A DNA stretch of 64,000 nt from Auanema rhodensis. Taxonomy: Eukaryota > Animalia > Nematoda. This document shows, in pieces, positions 28,688 to 43,822 of this stretch. The position numbers and the translations under genes are program-made. The DNA is taken from the NCBI GenBank assembly GCA_964057225.1, contig CAXKVF010000093.1:1-64000 (forward strand). Direction: 5' to 3'. The notes beneath the pieces were generated by a model. The model saw only the letters and a program-made list of their open reading frames with translations. It made no database searches and was not told the origin of the DNA. Within the stretch, counting starts at the first letter, position 1; every line of letters begins with the position of its first letter.

Positions 28688-31600
28688 ACCAAGTGCACAT
28701 CACGTGTACATTTAATTAGCATAAATTAAAGTTCACGTAAATTTCAAAGTCATGGTTACCATGAACCAATATCAATAAAAATTTGTTTTTAGACTAAAAT
28801 GGACATGGGGAATCTAATTTTGAAAACCGCATCTCTTTATCTTTCACGTGAAGCGAGTTACATACCAAGTGCACATCACGTGTACATTTAATTAGCATAA
28901 ATTAAAGTTCACGTAAATTTCAAAGTCATGGTTACCATGCACCAATATCAATAAAAATTTGTTTTTAAACTAATATGGACATGGGGAATCTAATTTTGAA
29001 AACCGCATCTCTTTATCTTTCACGTGAAGCGAGTTACATACCAAGTGCACATCACGTGTACATTTAATTAGCATAAATTAAAGTTCACGTAAATTTCAAA
29101 GTCATCGTTACCATGCACCAATATCAATAAAAATTTGTTTTTAGACTAATATGGACATGGGGAATCTAATTTTGAAAACCGCATCTCTTTATCTTTCACG
29201 TGAAGCGAGTTACATACCAAGTGCACATCACGTGTACATTTAATTAGCATAAATTAAAGTTCACGTAAATTTCAAAGTCATGGTTACCATGCACCAATAT
29301 CAATAAAAATTTGTTTTTAGACTAATATGGACATGGGGAATCTAATTTTGAAAACCGCATCTCTTCATTTTTCACGTGAAGCGAGTTACATACCAAGTGC
29401 ACATCACGTGTACATTTAATTAGCATAAATTAAAGTTCACGTAAATTTCAAAGTCATGGTTACCATGCACCAATATCAATAAAAATTTGTTTTTAGACTA
29501 ATATGGACATGGGGAATCTAATTTTGAAAACCGCATCTCTTTATCTTTCACGTGAAGCGAGTTACATACCAAGTGCACATCACGTGTACATTTAATTAGC
29601 ATAAATTAAAGTTCACGTAAATTTCAAAGTCATGGTTACCATGCACCAATATCAATAAAAATTTGTTTTTAGACTAATATGGACATGGGGAATCTAATTT
29701 TGAAAACCGCATCTCTTCATTTTTCACGTGAAGCGAGTTACATACCAAGTGCACATCACGTGTACATTTAATTAGCATAAATTAAAGTTCACGTAAATTT
29801 CAAAGTCATGGTTACCATGCACCAATATCAATAAAAATTTGTTTTTAGACTAATATGGACATGGGGAATCTAATTTTGAAAACCGCATCTCTTTATCTTT
29901 CACGTGAAGCGAGTTACATACCAAGTGCACATCACGTGTACATTTAATTAGCATAAATTAAAGTTCACGTAAATTTCAAAGTCATGGTTACCATGCACCA
30001 ATATCAATAAAAATTTGTTTTTAAACTAATATGGACATGGGGAATCTAATTTTGAAAACCGCATCTCTTTATCTTTCACGTGAAGCGAGTTACATACCAA
30101 GTGCACATCACGTGTACATTTAATTAGCATAAATTAAAGTTCACGTAAATTTCAAAGTCATGGTTACCATGCACCAATATCAATAAAAATTTGTTTTTAG
30201 ACTAATATGGACATGGGGAATCTAATTTTGAAAACCGCATCTCTTTATCTTTCACGTGAAGCGAGTTACATACCAAGTGCACATCACGTGTACATTTAAT
30301 TAGCATAAATTAAAGTTCACGTAAATTTCAAAGTCATGGTTACCATGAACCAATATCAATAAAAATTTGTTTTTAGACTAATATGGACATGGGGAATCTA
30401 ATTTTGAAATCCGCATCTCTTTATCTTTCACGTGAAGCGAGTTACATACCAAGTGCACATCACGTGTACATTTAATTAGCATAAATTAAAGTTCACGTAA
30501 ATTTCAAAGTCATGGTTACCATGCACCAATATCAATAAAAATTTGTTTTTAAACTAATATGGACATGGGGAATCTAATTTTGAAAACCGCATCTCTTTAT
30601 CTTTCACGTGAAGCGAGTTACATACCAAGTGCACATCACGTGTACATTTAATTAGCATAAATTAAAGTTCACGTAAATTTCAAAGTCATGGTTACCATGC
30701 ACCAATATCAATAAAAATTTGTTTTTAGACTAATATGGACATGGGGAATCTAATTTTGAAAACCGCATCTCTTTATCTTTCACGTGAAGCGAGTTACATA
30801 CCAAGTGCACATCACGTGTACATTTAATTAGCATAAATTAAAGTTCACGTAAATTTCAAAGTCATGGTTACCATGAACCAATATCAATAAAAATTTGTTT
30901 TTAGACTAATATGGACATGGGGAATCTAATTTTGAAATCCGCATCTCTTTATCTTTCACGTGAAGCGAGTTACATACCAAGTGCACATCACGTGTACATT
31001 TAATTAGCATAAATTAAAGTTCACGTAAATTTCAAAGTCATGGTTACCATGCACCAATATCAATAAAAATTTGTTTTTAAACTAATATGGACATGGGGAA
31101 TCTAATTTTGAAAACCGCATCTCTTTATCTTTCACGTGAAGCGAGTTACATACCAAGTGCACATCACGTGTACATTTAATTAGCATAAATTAAAGTTCAC
31201 GTAAATTTCAAAGTCATGGTTACCATGCACCAATATCAATAAAAATTTGTTTTTAGACTAATATGGACATGGGGAATCTAATTTTGAAAACCGCATCTCT
31301 TTATCTTTCACGTGAAGCGAGTTACATACCAAGTGCACATCACGTGTACATTTAATTAGCATAAATTAAAGTTCACGTAAATTTCAAAGTCATGGTTACC
31401 ATGAACCAATATCAATAACAATTTGTTTTTAGACTAATATGGACATGGGGAATCTAATTTTGGAAACCGCATCTCTTTATCTTTCACGTGAAGCGAGTTA
31501 CATACCAAGTGCACATCACGTGTACATTTAATTAGCATAAATTAAAGTTCACGTAAATTTCAAAGTCATGGTTACCATGCACCAATATCAATAAAAATTT

Positions 31601-34600
31601 GTTTTTAGACTAATATGGACATGGGGAATCTAATTTTGAAAACCGCATCTTCTTATCTTTCACGTGAAGCGAGTTACATACCAAGTGCACATCACGTGTA
31701 CATTTAATTAGCATGAATTAAAGTTCACGTAAATTTCAAAGTCATGGTTACCATGAACCAATATCAATAAAAATTTGTTTTTAGACTAATATGGACATGG
31801 GGAATCTAATTTTGAAAACCGCATCTCTTCATTTTTCACGTGAAGCGAGTTACATACCAAGTGCACATCACGTGTACATTTAATTAGCATAAATTAAAGT
31901 TCACGTAAATTTCAAAGTCATGGTTACCATGCACCAATATCAATAAAAATTTGTTTTTAGACTAATATGGACATGGGGAATCTAATTTTGAAAACCGCAT
32001 CTCTTTAACTTTCACGTGAAGCGAGTTACATACCAAGTGCACATCACGTGTACATTTAATTAGCATAAATTAAAGTTCACGTAAATTTCAAAGTCATGGT
32101 TACCATGAACCAATATCAATAAAAATTTGTTTTTAGACTAATATGGACATGGGGAATCTAATTTTGAAAACCGCATCTCTTTATCTTTCACGTGAAGCGA
32201 GTTACATACCAAGTGCACATCACGTGTACATTTAATTAGCATAAATTAAAGTTCACGTAAATTTCAAAGTCATGGTTACCATGAACCAATATCAATAAAA
32301 ATTTGTTTTTAGACTAAAATGGACATGGGGAATCTAATTTTGAAAACCGCATCTCTTTATCTTTCACGTGAAGCGAGTTACATACCAAGTGCACATCACG
32401 TGTACATTTAATTAGCATAAATTAAAGTTCACGTAAATTTCAAAGTCATGGTTACCATGCACCAATATCAATAAAAATTTGTTTTTAAACTAATATGGAC
32501 ATGGGGAATCTAATTTTGAAAACCGCATCTCTTTATCTTTCACGTGAAGCGAGTTACATACCAAGTGCACATCACGTGTACATTTAATTAGCATAAATTA
32601 AAGTTCACGTAATTTTCAAAGTCATGGTTACCATGCACCAATATCAATAAAAATTTGTTTTTAGACTAATATGGACATGGGGAATCTAATTTTGAAAACC
32701 GCATCTCTTTATCTTTCACGTGAAGCGAGTTACATACCAAGTGCACATCACGTGTACATTTAATTAGCATAAATTAAAGTTCACGTAAATTTCAAATTCA
32801 TGGTTACCATGCACCAATATCAATAAAAATTTGTTTTTAGACTAATATGGACATGGGGAATCTAATTTTGAAAACCGCATCTCTTCATTTTTCACGTGAA
32901 GCGAGTTACATACCAAGTGCACATCACGTGTACATTTAATTAGCATAAATTAAAGTTCACGTAAATTTCAAAGTCATGGTTACCATGCACCAATATCAAT
33001 AAAAATTTGTTTTTAGACTAATATGGACATGGGGAATCTAATTTTGAAAACCGCATCTCTTTATCTTTCACGTGAAGCGAGTTACATACCAAGTGCACAT
33101 CACGTGTACATTTAATTAGCATAAATTAAAGTTCACGTAAATTTCAAAGTCATGGTTACCATGCACCAATATCAATAAAAATTTGTTTTTAGACTAATAT
33201 GGACATGGGGAATCTAATTTTGAAAACCGCATCTCTTCATTTTTCACGTGAAGCGAGTTACATACCAAGTGCACATCACGTGTACATTTAATTAGCATAA
33301 ATTAAAGTTCACGTAAATTTCAAAGTCATGGTTACCATGCACCAATATCAATAAAAATTTGTTTTTAGACTAATATGGACATGGGGAATCTAATTTTGAA
33401 AACCGCATCTCTTTATCTTTCACGTGAAGCGAGTTACATACCAAGTGCACATCACGTGTACATTTAATTAGCATAAATTAAAGTTCACGTAAATTTCAAA
33501 GTCATGGTTACCATGCACCAATATCAATAAAAATTTGTTTTTGAACTAATATGGACATGGGGAATCTAATTTTGAAAATCGCATCTCTTTATCTTTCACG
33601 TGAAGCGAGTTACATACCAAGTGCACATCACGTGTACATTTAATTAGCATAAATTAAAGTTCACGTAAATTTCAAAGTCATGGTTACCATGCACCAATAT
33701 CAATAAAAATTTGTTTTTAGACTAATATGGACATGGGGAATCTAATTTTGAAAACCGCATCTCTTTATCTTTCACGTGAAGCGAGTTACATACCAAGTGC
33801 ACATCACGTGTACATTTAATTAGCATAAATTAAAGTTCACGTAAATTTCAAAGTCATGGTTACCATGAACCAATATCAATAAAAATTTGTTTTTAGACTA
33901 ATATGGACATGGGGAATCTAATTTTGAAAACCGCATCTCTTTATCTTTCACGTGAAGCGAGTTACATACCAAGTGCACATCACGTGTACATTTAATTAGC
34001 ATAAATTAAAGTTCACGTAAATTTCAAAGTCATGGTTACCATGCACCAATATCAATAAAAATTTGTTTTTAAACTAATATGGACATGGGGAATCTAATTT
34101 TGAAAACCGCATCTCTTTATCTTTCACGTGAAGCGAGTTACATACCAAGTGCACATCACGTGTACATTTAATTAGCATAAATTAAAGTTCACGTAAATTT
34201 CAAAGTCATGGTTACCATGCACCAATATCAATAAAAATTTGTTTTTAGACTAATATAGACATGGGGAATCTAATTTTGAAAACCGCATCTCTTTATCTTT
34301 CACGTGAAGCGAGTTACATACCAAGTGCACATCACGTGTACATTTAATTAGCATAAATTAAAGTTCACGTAAATTTCAAAGTCATGGTTACCATGAACCA
34401 ATATCAATAACAATTTGTTTTTAGACTAATATGGACATGGGGAATCTAATTTTGAAAACCGCATCTCTTTATCTTTCACGTGAAGCGAGTTACATACCAA
34501 GTGCACATCACGTGTACATTTAATTAGCATAAATTAAAGTTCACGTAAATTTCAAAGTCATGGTTACCATGCACCAATATCAATAAAAATTTGTTTTTAG

Positions 34601-35199
34601 ACTAATATGGACATGGGGACTCTAATTTTGAAAACCGCATCTTCTTATCTTTCACGTGAAGCGAGTTACATACCAAGTGCACATCACGTGTACATTTAAT
34701 TAGCATAAATTAAAGTTCACGTAAATTTCAAAGTCATGGTTACCATGAACCAATATCAATAAAAATTTGTTTTTAGACTAATATGGACATGGGGAATCTA
34801 ATTTTGAAAACCGCATCTCTTCATTTTTCACGTGAAGCGAGTTACATACCAAGTGCACATCACGTGTACATTTAATTAGCATAAATTAAAGTTCACGTAA
34901 ATTTCAAAGTCATGGTTACCATGCACCAATATCAATAAAAATTTGTTTTTAAACTAATATGGACATGGGGAATCTAATTTTGAAAACCGCATCTCTTTAT
35001 CTTTCACGTGAAGCGAGTTACATACCAAGTGCACATCACGTGTACATTTAATTAGCATAAATTAAAGTTCACGTAAATTTCAAAGTCATGGTTACCATGC
35101 ACCAATATCAATAAAAATTTGTTTTTAGACTAATATGGACATGGGGAATCTAATTTTGAAAACCGCATCTCTTTAACTTTCACGTGAAGCGAGTTACAT
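28688..35199 (+). repeat. Older imperfect block duplication, offset 20 monomers then 17 monomers
   Basis: t111a at 28798/32318 (3520 bp) with matching g105a and CTTCATTT order. After an internal 3-mer duplication (GAAATCC variant at 30410/30938) the offset drops to 2992 bp: a92c 31419/34411, TCTTCTTATC near 31651/34643. The right boundary is approximate. Confidence 0.8.
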
Positions 35200-38100
35200 A
35201 CCAAGTGCACATCACGTGTACATTTAATTAGCATAAATTAAAGTTCACGTAAATTTCAAAGTCATGGTTACCATGAACCAATATCAATAAAAATTTGTTT
35301 TTAGACTAATATGGACATGGGGAATCTAATTTTGAAAACCGCATCTCTTTATCTTTCACGTGAAGCGAGTTACATACCAAGTGCACATCACGTGTACATT
35401 TAATTAGCATAAATTAAAGTTCACGTAAATTTCAAAGTCATGGTTACCATGAACCAATATCAATAAAAATTTGTTTTTAGACTAATATGGACATGGGGAA
35501 TCTAATTTTGAAAACCGCATCTCTTTATCTTTCACGTGAAGCGAGTTACATACCAAGTGCACATCACGTGTACATTTAATTAGCATAAATTAAAGTTCAC
35601 GTAAATTTCAAAGTCATGGTTACCATGCACCAATATCAATAAAAATTTGTTTTTAGACTAATATGGACATGGGGAATCTAATTTTGAAAACCGCATCTCC
35701 TTATCTTTCACGTGAAGCGAGTTACATACCAAGTGCACATCACGTGTACATTTAATTAGCATAAATTAAAGTTCAAGTAAATTTCAAAGTCATGGTTACC
35801 ATGCACCAATATCAATAAAAATTTGTTTTTAGACTAATATGGACATGGGGAATCTAATTTTGAAAACCGCATCTCTTCATTTTTCACGTGAAGCGAGTTA
35901 CATACCAAGTGCACATCACGTGTACATTTAATTAGCATAAATTAAAGTTCACGTAAATTTCAAAGTCATGGTTACCATGCACCAATATCAATAAAAATTT
36001 GTTTTTAGACTAATATGGACATGGGGAATCTAATTTTGAAAACCGCATCTCTTTATCTTTCACGTGAAGCGAGTTACATACCAAGTGCACATCACGTGTA
36101 CATTTAATTAGCATAAATTAAAGTTCACGTAAATTTCAAAGTCATGGTTACCATGCACCAATATCAATAAAAATTTGTTTTTAAACTAATATGGACATGG
36201 GGAATCTAATTTTGAAAACCGCATCTCTTTATCTTTCACGTGAAGCGAGTTACATACCAAGTGCACATCACGTGTACATTTAATTAGCATAAATTAAAGT
36301 TCACGTAAATTTCAAAGTCATGGTTACCATGCACCAATATCAATAAAAATTTGTTTTTAGACTAATATGGACATAGGGAATCTAATTTTAAAAACCGCAT
36401 CTCTTTATCTTTCACGTGAAGCGAGTTACATACCAAGTGCACATCACGTGTACATTTAATTAGCATAAATTAAAGTTCACGTAAATTTCAAAGTCATGGT
36501 TACCATGAACCAATATCAAAAACAATTTGTTTTTAGACTAATATGGACATGGGGAATCTAATTTTGAAAACCGCATCTCTTTATCTTTCACGTGAAGCGA
36601 GTTACATACCAAGTGCACATCACGTGTACATTTAATTAGCATAAATTAAAGTTCACGTAAATTTCAAAGTCATGGTTACCATGCACCAATATCAATAAAA
36701 ATTTGTTTTTAGACTAATATGGACATGGGGAATCTAATTTTGAAAACCGCATCTCCTTATCTTTCACGTGAAGCGAGTTACATACCAAGTGCACATCACG
36801 TGTACATTTAATTAGCATAAATTAAAGTTCACGTAAATTTCAAAGTCATGGTTACCATGAACCAATATCAATAAAAATTTGTTTTTAGACTAATATGGAC
36901 ATGGGGAATCTAATTTTGAAAACCGCATCTCTTCATTTTTCACGTGAAGCGAGTTACATACCAAGTGCACATCACGTGTACATTTAATTAGCATAAATTA
37001 AAGTTCACGTAAATTTCAAAGTCATGGTTACCATGCACCAATATCAATAAAAATTTGTTTTTAAACTAATATGGACATGGGGAATCTAATTTTGAAAACC
37101 GCATCTCTTTATCTTTCACGTGAAGCGAGTTACATACCAAGTGCACATCACGTGTACATTTAATTAGCATAAATTAAAGTTCACGTAAATTTCAAAGTCA
37201 TGGTTACCATGCACCAATATCAATAAACATTTGTTTTTAGACTAATATGGACATGGGGAATCTAATTTTGAAAACCGCATCTCTTTAACTTTCACGTGAA
37301 GCGAGTTACATACCAAGTGCACATCACGTGTACATTTAATTAGCATAAATTAAAGTTCACGTAAATTTCAAAGTCATGGTTACCATGAACCAATATCAAT
37401 AAAAATTTGTTTTTAGACTAATATGGACATGGGGAATCTAATTTTGAAAACCGCATCTCTTTATCTTTCACGTGAAGCGAGTTACATACCAAGTGCACAT
37501 CACGTGTACATTTAATTAGCATAAATTAAAGTTCACGTAAATTTCAAAGTCATGGTTACCATGAACCAATATCAATAAAAATTTGTTTTTAGACTAATAT
37601 GGACATGGGGAATCTAATTTTGAAAACCGCATCTCTTTATCTTTCACGTGAAGCGAGTTACATACCAAGTGCACATCACGTGTACATTTAATTAGCATAA
37701 ATTAAAGTTCACGTAAATTTCAAAGTCATGGTTACCATGCACCAATATCAATAAAAATTTGTTTTTAGACTAATATGGACATGGGGAATCTAATTTTGAA
37801 AACCGCATCTCCTTATCTTTCACGTGAAGCGAGTTACATACCAAGTGCACATCACGTGTACATTTAATTAGCATAAATTAAAGTTCACGTAAATTTCAAA
37901 GTCATGGTTACCATGCACCAATATCAATAAAAATTTGTTTTTAGACTAATATGGACATGGGGAATCTAATTTTGAAAACCGCATCTCTTCATTTTTCACG
38001 TGAAGCGAGTTACATACCAAGTGCACATCACGTGTACATTTAATTAGCATAAATTAAAGTTCACGTAAATTTCAAAGTCATGGTTACCATGCACCAATAT

Positions 38101-41100
38101 CAATAAAAATTTGTTTTTAGACTAATATGGACATGAGGAATCTAATTTTGAAAACCGCATCTCTTTATCTTTCACGTGAAGCGAGTTACATACCAAGTGC
38201 ACATCACGTGTACATTTAATTAGCATAAATTAAAGTTCACGTAAATTTCAAAGTCATGGTTACCATGCACCAATATCAATAAAAATTTGTTTTTAGACTA
38301 ATATGGACATGGGGACTCTAATTTTGAAAACCGCATCTTCTTATCTTTCACGTGAAGCGAGTTACATACCAAGTGCACATCACGTGTACATTTAATTAGC
38401 ATAAATTAAAGTTCACGTAAATTTCAAAGTCATGGTTACCATGAACCAATATCAATAAAAATTTGTTTTTAGACTAATATGGACATGGGGAATCTAATTT
38501 TGAAAACCGCATCTCTTCATTTTTCACGTGAAGCGAGTTACATACCAAGTGCACATCACGTGTACATTTAATTAGCATAAATTAAAGTTCACGTAAATTT
38601 CAAAGTCATGGTTACCATGCACCAATATCAATAAAAATTTGTTTTTAAACTAATATGGACATGGGGAATCTAATTTTGAAAACCGCATCTCTTTATCTTT
38701 CACGTGAAGCGAGTTACATACCAAGTGCACATCACGTGTACATTTAATTAGCATAAATTAAAGTTCACGTAAATTTCAAAGTCATGGTTACCATGCACCA
38801 ATATCAATAAAAATTTGTTTTTAGACTAATATGGACATGGGGAATCTAATTTTGAAAACCGCATCTCTTTAACTTTCACGTGAAGCGAGTTACATACCAA
38901 GTGCACATCACGTGTACATTTAATTAGCATAAATTAAAGTTCACGTAAATTTCAAAGTCATGGTTACCATGAACCAATATCAATAAAAATTTGTTTTTAG
39001 ACTAATATGGACATGGGGAATCTAATTTTGAAAACCGCATCTCTTTATCTTTCACGTGAAGCGAGTTACATACCAAGTGCACATCACGTGTACATTTAAT
39101 TAGCATAAATTAAAGTTCACGTAAATTTCAAAGTCATGGTTACCATGAACCAATATCAATAAAAATTTGTTTTTAGACTAATATGGACATGGGGAATCTA
39201 ATTTTGAAAACCGCATCTCTTTATCTTTCACGTGAAGCGAGTTACATACCAAGTGCACATCACGTGTACATTTAATTAGCATAAATTAAAGTTCACGTAA
39301 ATTTCAAAGTCATGGTTACCATGCACCAATATCAATAAAAATTTGTTTTTAGACTAATATGGACATGGGGAATCTAATTTTGAAAACCGCATCTCCTTAT
39401 CTTTCACGTGAAGCGAGTTACATACCAAGTGCACATCACGTGTACATTTAATTAGCATAAATTAAAGTTCAAGTAAATTTCAAAGTCATGGTTACCATGC
39501 ACCAATATCAATAAAAATTTGTTTTTAGACTAATATGGACATGGGGAATCTAATTTTGAAAACCGCATCTCTTCATTTTTCACGTGAAGCGAGTTACATA
39601 CCAAGTGCACATCACGTGTACATTTAATTAGCATAAATTAAAGTTCACGTAAATTTCAAAGTCATGGTTACCATGCACCAATATCAATAAAAATTTGTTT
39701 TTAGACTAATATGGACATGGGGAATCTAATTTTGAAAACCGCATCTCTTTATCTTTCACGTGAAGCGAGTTACATACCAAGTGCACATCACGTGTACATT
39801 TAATTAGCATAAATTAAAGTTCACGTAAATTTCAAAGTCATGGTTACCATGCACCAATATCAATAAAAATTTGTTTTTAAACTAATATGGACATGGGGAA
39901 TCTAATTTTGAAAACCGCATCTCTTTATCTTTCACGTGAAGCGAGTTACATACCAAGTGCACATCACGTGTACATTTAATTAGCATAAATTAAAGTTCAC
40001 GTAAATTTCAAAGTCATGGTTACCATGCACCAATATCAATAAAAATTTGTTTTTAGACTAATATGGACATGGGGAATCTAATTTTAAAAACCGCATCTCT
40101 TTATCTTTCACGTGAAGCGAGTTACATACCAAGTGCACATCACGTGTACATTTAATTAGCATAAATTAAAGTTCACGTAAATTTCAAAGTCATGGTTACC
40201 ATGAACCAATATCAAAAACAATTTGTTTTTAGACTAATATGGACATGGGGAATCTAATTTTGAAAACCGCATCTCTTTATCTTTCACGTGAAGCGAGTTA
40301 CATACCAAGTGCACATCACGTGTACATTTAATTAGCATAAATTAAAGTTCACGTAAATTTCAAAGTCATGGTTACCATGCACCAATATCAATAAAAATTT
40401 GTTTTTAGACTAATATGGACATGGGGAATCTAATTTTGAAAACCGCATCTCCTTATCTTTCACGTGAAGCGAGTTACATACCAAGTGCACATCACGTGTA
40501 CATTTAATTAGCATAAATTAAAGTTCACGTAAATTTCAAAGTCATGGTTACCATGAACCAATATCAATAAAAATTTGTTTTTAGACTAATATGGACATGG
40601 GGAATCTAATTTTGAAAACCGCATCTCTTCATTTTTCACGTGAAGCGAGTTACATACCAAGTGCACATCACGTGTACATTTAATTAGCATAAATTAAAGT
40701 TCACGTAAATTTCAAAGTCATGGTTACCATGCACCAATATCAATAAAAATTTGTTTTTAAACTAATATGGACATGGGGAATCTAATTTTGAAAACCGCAT
40801 CTCTTTATCTTTCACGTGAAGCGAGTTACATACCAAGTGCACATCACGTGTACATTTAATTAGCATAAATTAAAGTTCACGTAAATTTCAAAGTCATGGT
40901 TACCATGCACCAATATCAATAAACATTTGTTTTTAGACTAATATGGACATGGGGAATCTAATTTTGAAAACCGCATCTCTTTAACTTTCACGTGAAGCGA
41001 GTTACATACCAAGTGCACATCACGTGTACATTTAATTAGCATAAATTAAAGTTCACGTAAATTTCAAAGTCATGGTTACCATGAACCAATATCAATAAAA

Positions 41101-41887
41101 ATTTGTTTTTAGACTAATATGGACATGGGGAATCTAATTTTGAAAACCGCATCTCTTTATCTTTCACGTGAAGCGAGTTACATACCAAGTGCACATCACG
41201 TGTACATTTAATTAGCATAAATTAAAGTTCACGTAAATTTCAAAGTCATGGTTACCATGAACCAATATCAATAAAAATTTGTTTTTAGACTAATATGGAC
41301 ATGGGGAATCTAATTTTGAAAACCGCATCTCTTTATCTTTCACGTGAAGCGAGTTACATACCAAGTGCACATCACGTGTACATTTAATTAGCATAAATTA
41401 AAGTTCACGTAAATTTCAAAGTCATGGTTACCATGCACCAATATCAATAAAAATTTGTTTTTAGACTAATATGGACATGGGGAATCTAATTTTGAAAACC
41501 GCATCTCCTTATCTTTCACGTGAAGCGAGTTACATACCAAGTGCACATCACGTGTACATTTAATTAGCATAAATTAAAGTTCACGTAAATTTCAAAGTCA
41601 TGGTTACCATGCACCAATATCAATAAAAATTTGTTTTTAGACTAATATGGACATGGGGAATCTAATTTTGAAAACCGCATCTCTTCATTTTTCACGTGAA
41701 GCGAGTTACATACCAAGTGCACATCACGTGTACATTTAATTAGCATAAATTAAAGTTCACGTAAATTTCAAAGTCATGGTTACCATGCACCAATATCAAT
41801 AAAAATTTGTTTTTAGACTAATATGGACATGAGGAATCTAATTTTGAAAACCGCATCTCTTTATCTTTCACGTGAAGCGAGTTACAT
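34496..41887 (+). repeat. Recent tandem block duplication: 21-mer (3696 bp) x2
   Basis: Five private markers at offset 3696: GGGGACTC 34620/38316, TTCAAG 35776/39472, t89a+a92c 36520/40216, a93c 37228/40924, GAGGAATC 38136/41832. I see only one difference between the copies (36376). Confidence 0.95.
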
Positions 41888-43822
41888 ACCAAGTGCACAT
41901 CACGTGTACATTTAATTAGCATAAATTAAAGTTCACGTAAATTTCAAAGTCATGGTTACCATGAACCAATATCAATAAAAATTTGTTTTTAGACTAATAT
42001 GGACATGGGGAATCAATTTTGAATACCGCATCTCTTTATCTTTCACGTGAAGCGAGTTACATACCAAGTGCACATCACGTGTACATTTAATTAGCATAAA
42101 TTAAAGTTCACGTAAATTTCAAAGTCATGGTTACCATGCACCAATATCAATAAAAATTTGTTTTTAGACTAATATGGACATGGGGAATCTAATTTTGAAA
42201 ACCGCATCTCCTTATCTTTCACGTGAAGCGAGTTACATACCAAGTGCACATCACGTGTACATTTAATTAGCATAAATTAAAGTTCACGTAAATTTCAAAG
42301 TCATGGTTACCATGCACCAATATCAATAAAAATTTGTTTTTAGACTAATATGGACATGGGGAATCTAATTTTGAAAACCGCATCTCTTTATCTTTCACGT
42401 GAAGCGAGTTACATACCAAGTGCACATCACGTGTACATTTAATTAGCATAAATTAAAGTTCACGTAAATTTCAAAGTCATGGTTACCATGAACCAATATC
42501 AATAAAAATTTGTTTTTAGACTAATATGGACATGGGGAATCTAATTTTGAAAACCGCATCTCTTTATCTTTCACGTGAAGCGAGTTACATACCAAGTGCA
42601 CATCACGTGTACATTTAATTAGCATAAATTAAAGTTCACGTAAATTTCAAAGTCATGGTTACCATGCACCAATATCAATAAAAATTTGTTTTTAAACTAA
42701 TATGGACATGGGGAATCTAATTTTGAAAACCGCATCTCTTTATCTTTCACGTGAAGCGAGTTACATACCAAGTGCACATCACGTGTACATTTAATTAGCA
42801 TAAATTAAAGTTCACGTAAATTTCAAAGTCATGGTTACCATGCACCAATATCAATAAAAATTTGTTTTTAGACTAATATGGACATGGGGAATCTAATTTT
42901 GAAAACCGCATCTCTTTATCTTTCACGTGAAGCGAGTTACATACCAAGTGCACATCACGTGTACATTTAATTAGCATAAATTAAAGTTCACGTAAATTTC
43001 AAAGTCATGGTTACCATGAACCAATATCAATAAAAAATTGTTTTTAGACTAATATGGACATGGGGAATCTAATTTTGAAAACCGCATCTCTTTATCTTTC
43101 ACGTGAAGCGAGTTACATACCAAGTGCACATCACGTGTACATTTAATTAGCATAAATTAAAGTTCACGTAAATTTCAAAGTCATGGTTACCATGAACCAA
43201 TATCAATAAAAATTTGTTTTTAGACTAATATGGACATGGGGAATCTAATTTTGAAAACCGCATCTCTTTATCTTTCACGTGAAGCGAGTTACATACCAAG
43301 TGCACATCACGTGTACATTTAATTAGCATAAATTAAAGTTCACGTAAATTTCAAAGTCATGGTTACCATGAACCAATATCAATAAAAATTTGTTTTTAGA
43401 CTAATATGGACATGGGGAATCTAATTTTGAAAACCGCATCTCTTTATCTTTCACGTGAAGCGAGTTACATACCAAGTGCACATCACGTGTACATTTAATT
43501 AGCATAAATTAAAGTTCACGTAAATTTCAAAGTCATGGTTACCATGCACCAATATCAATAAAAATTTGTTTTTAGACTAATATGGACATGGGGAATCTAA
43601 TTTTGAAAACCGCATCTCCTTATCTTTCACGTGAAGCGAGTTACATACCAAGTGCACATCACGTGTACATTTAATTAGCATAAATTAAAGTTCACGTAAA
43701 TTTCAAAGTCATGGTTACCATGCACCAATATCAATAAAAATTTGTTTTTAGACTAATATGGACATGGGGAATCTAATTTTGAAAACCGCATCTCTTTATC
43801 TTTCACGTGAAGCGAGTTACAT

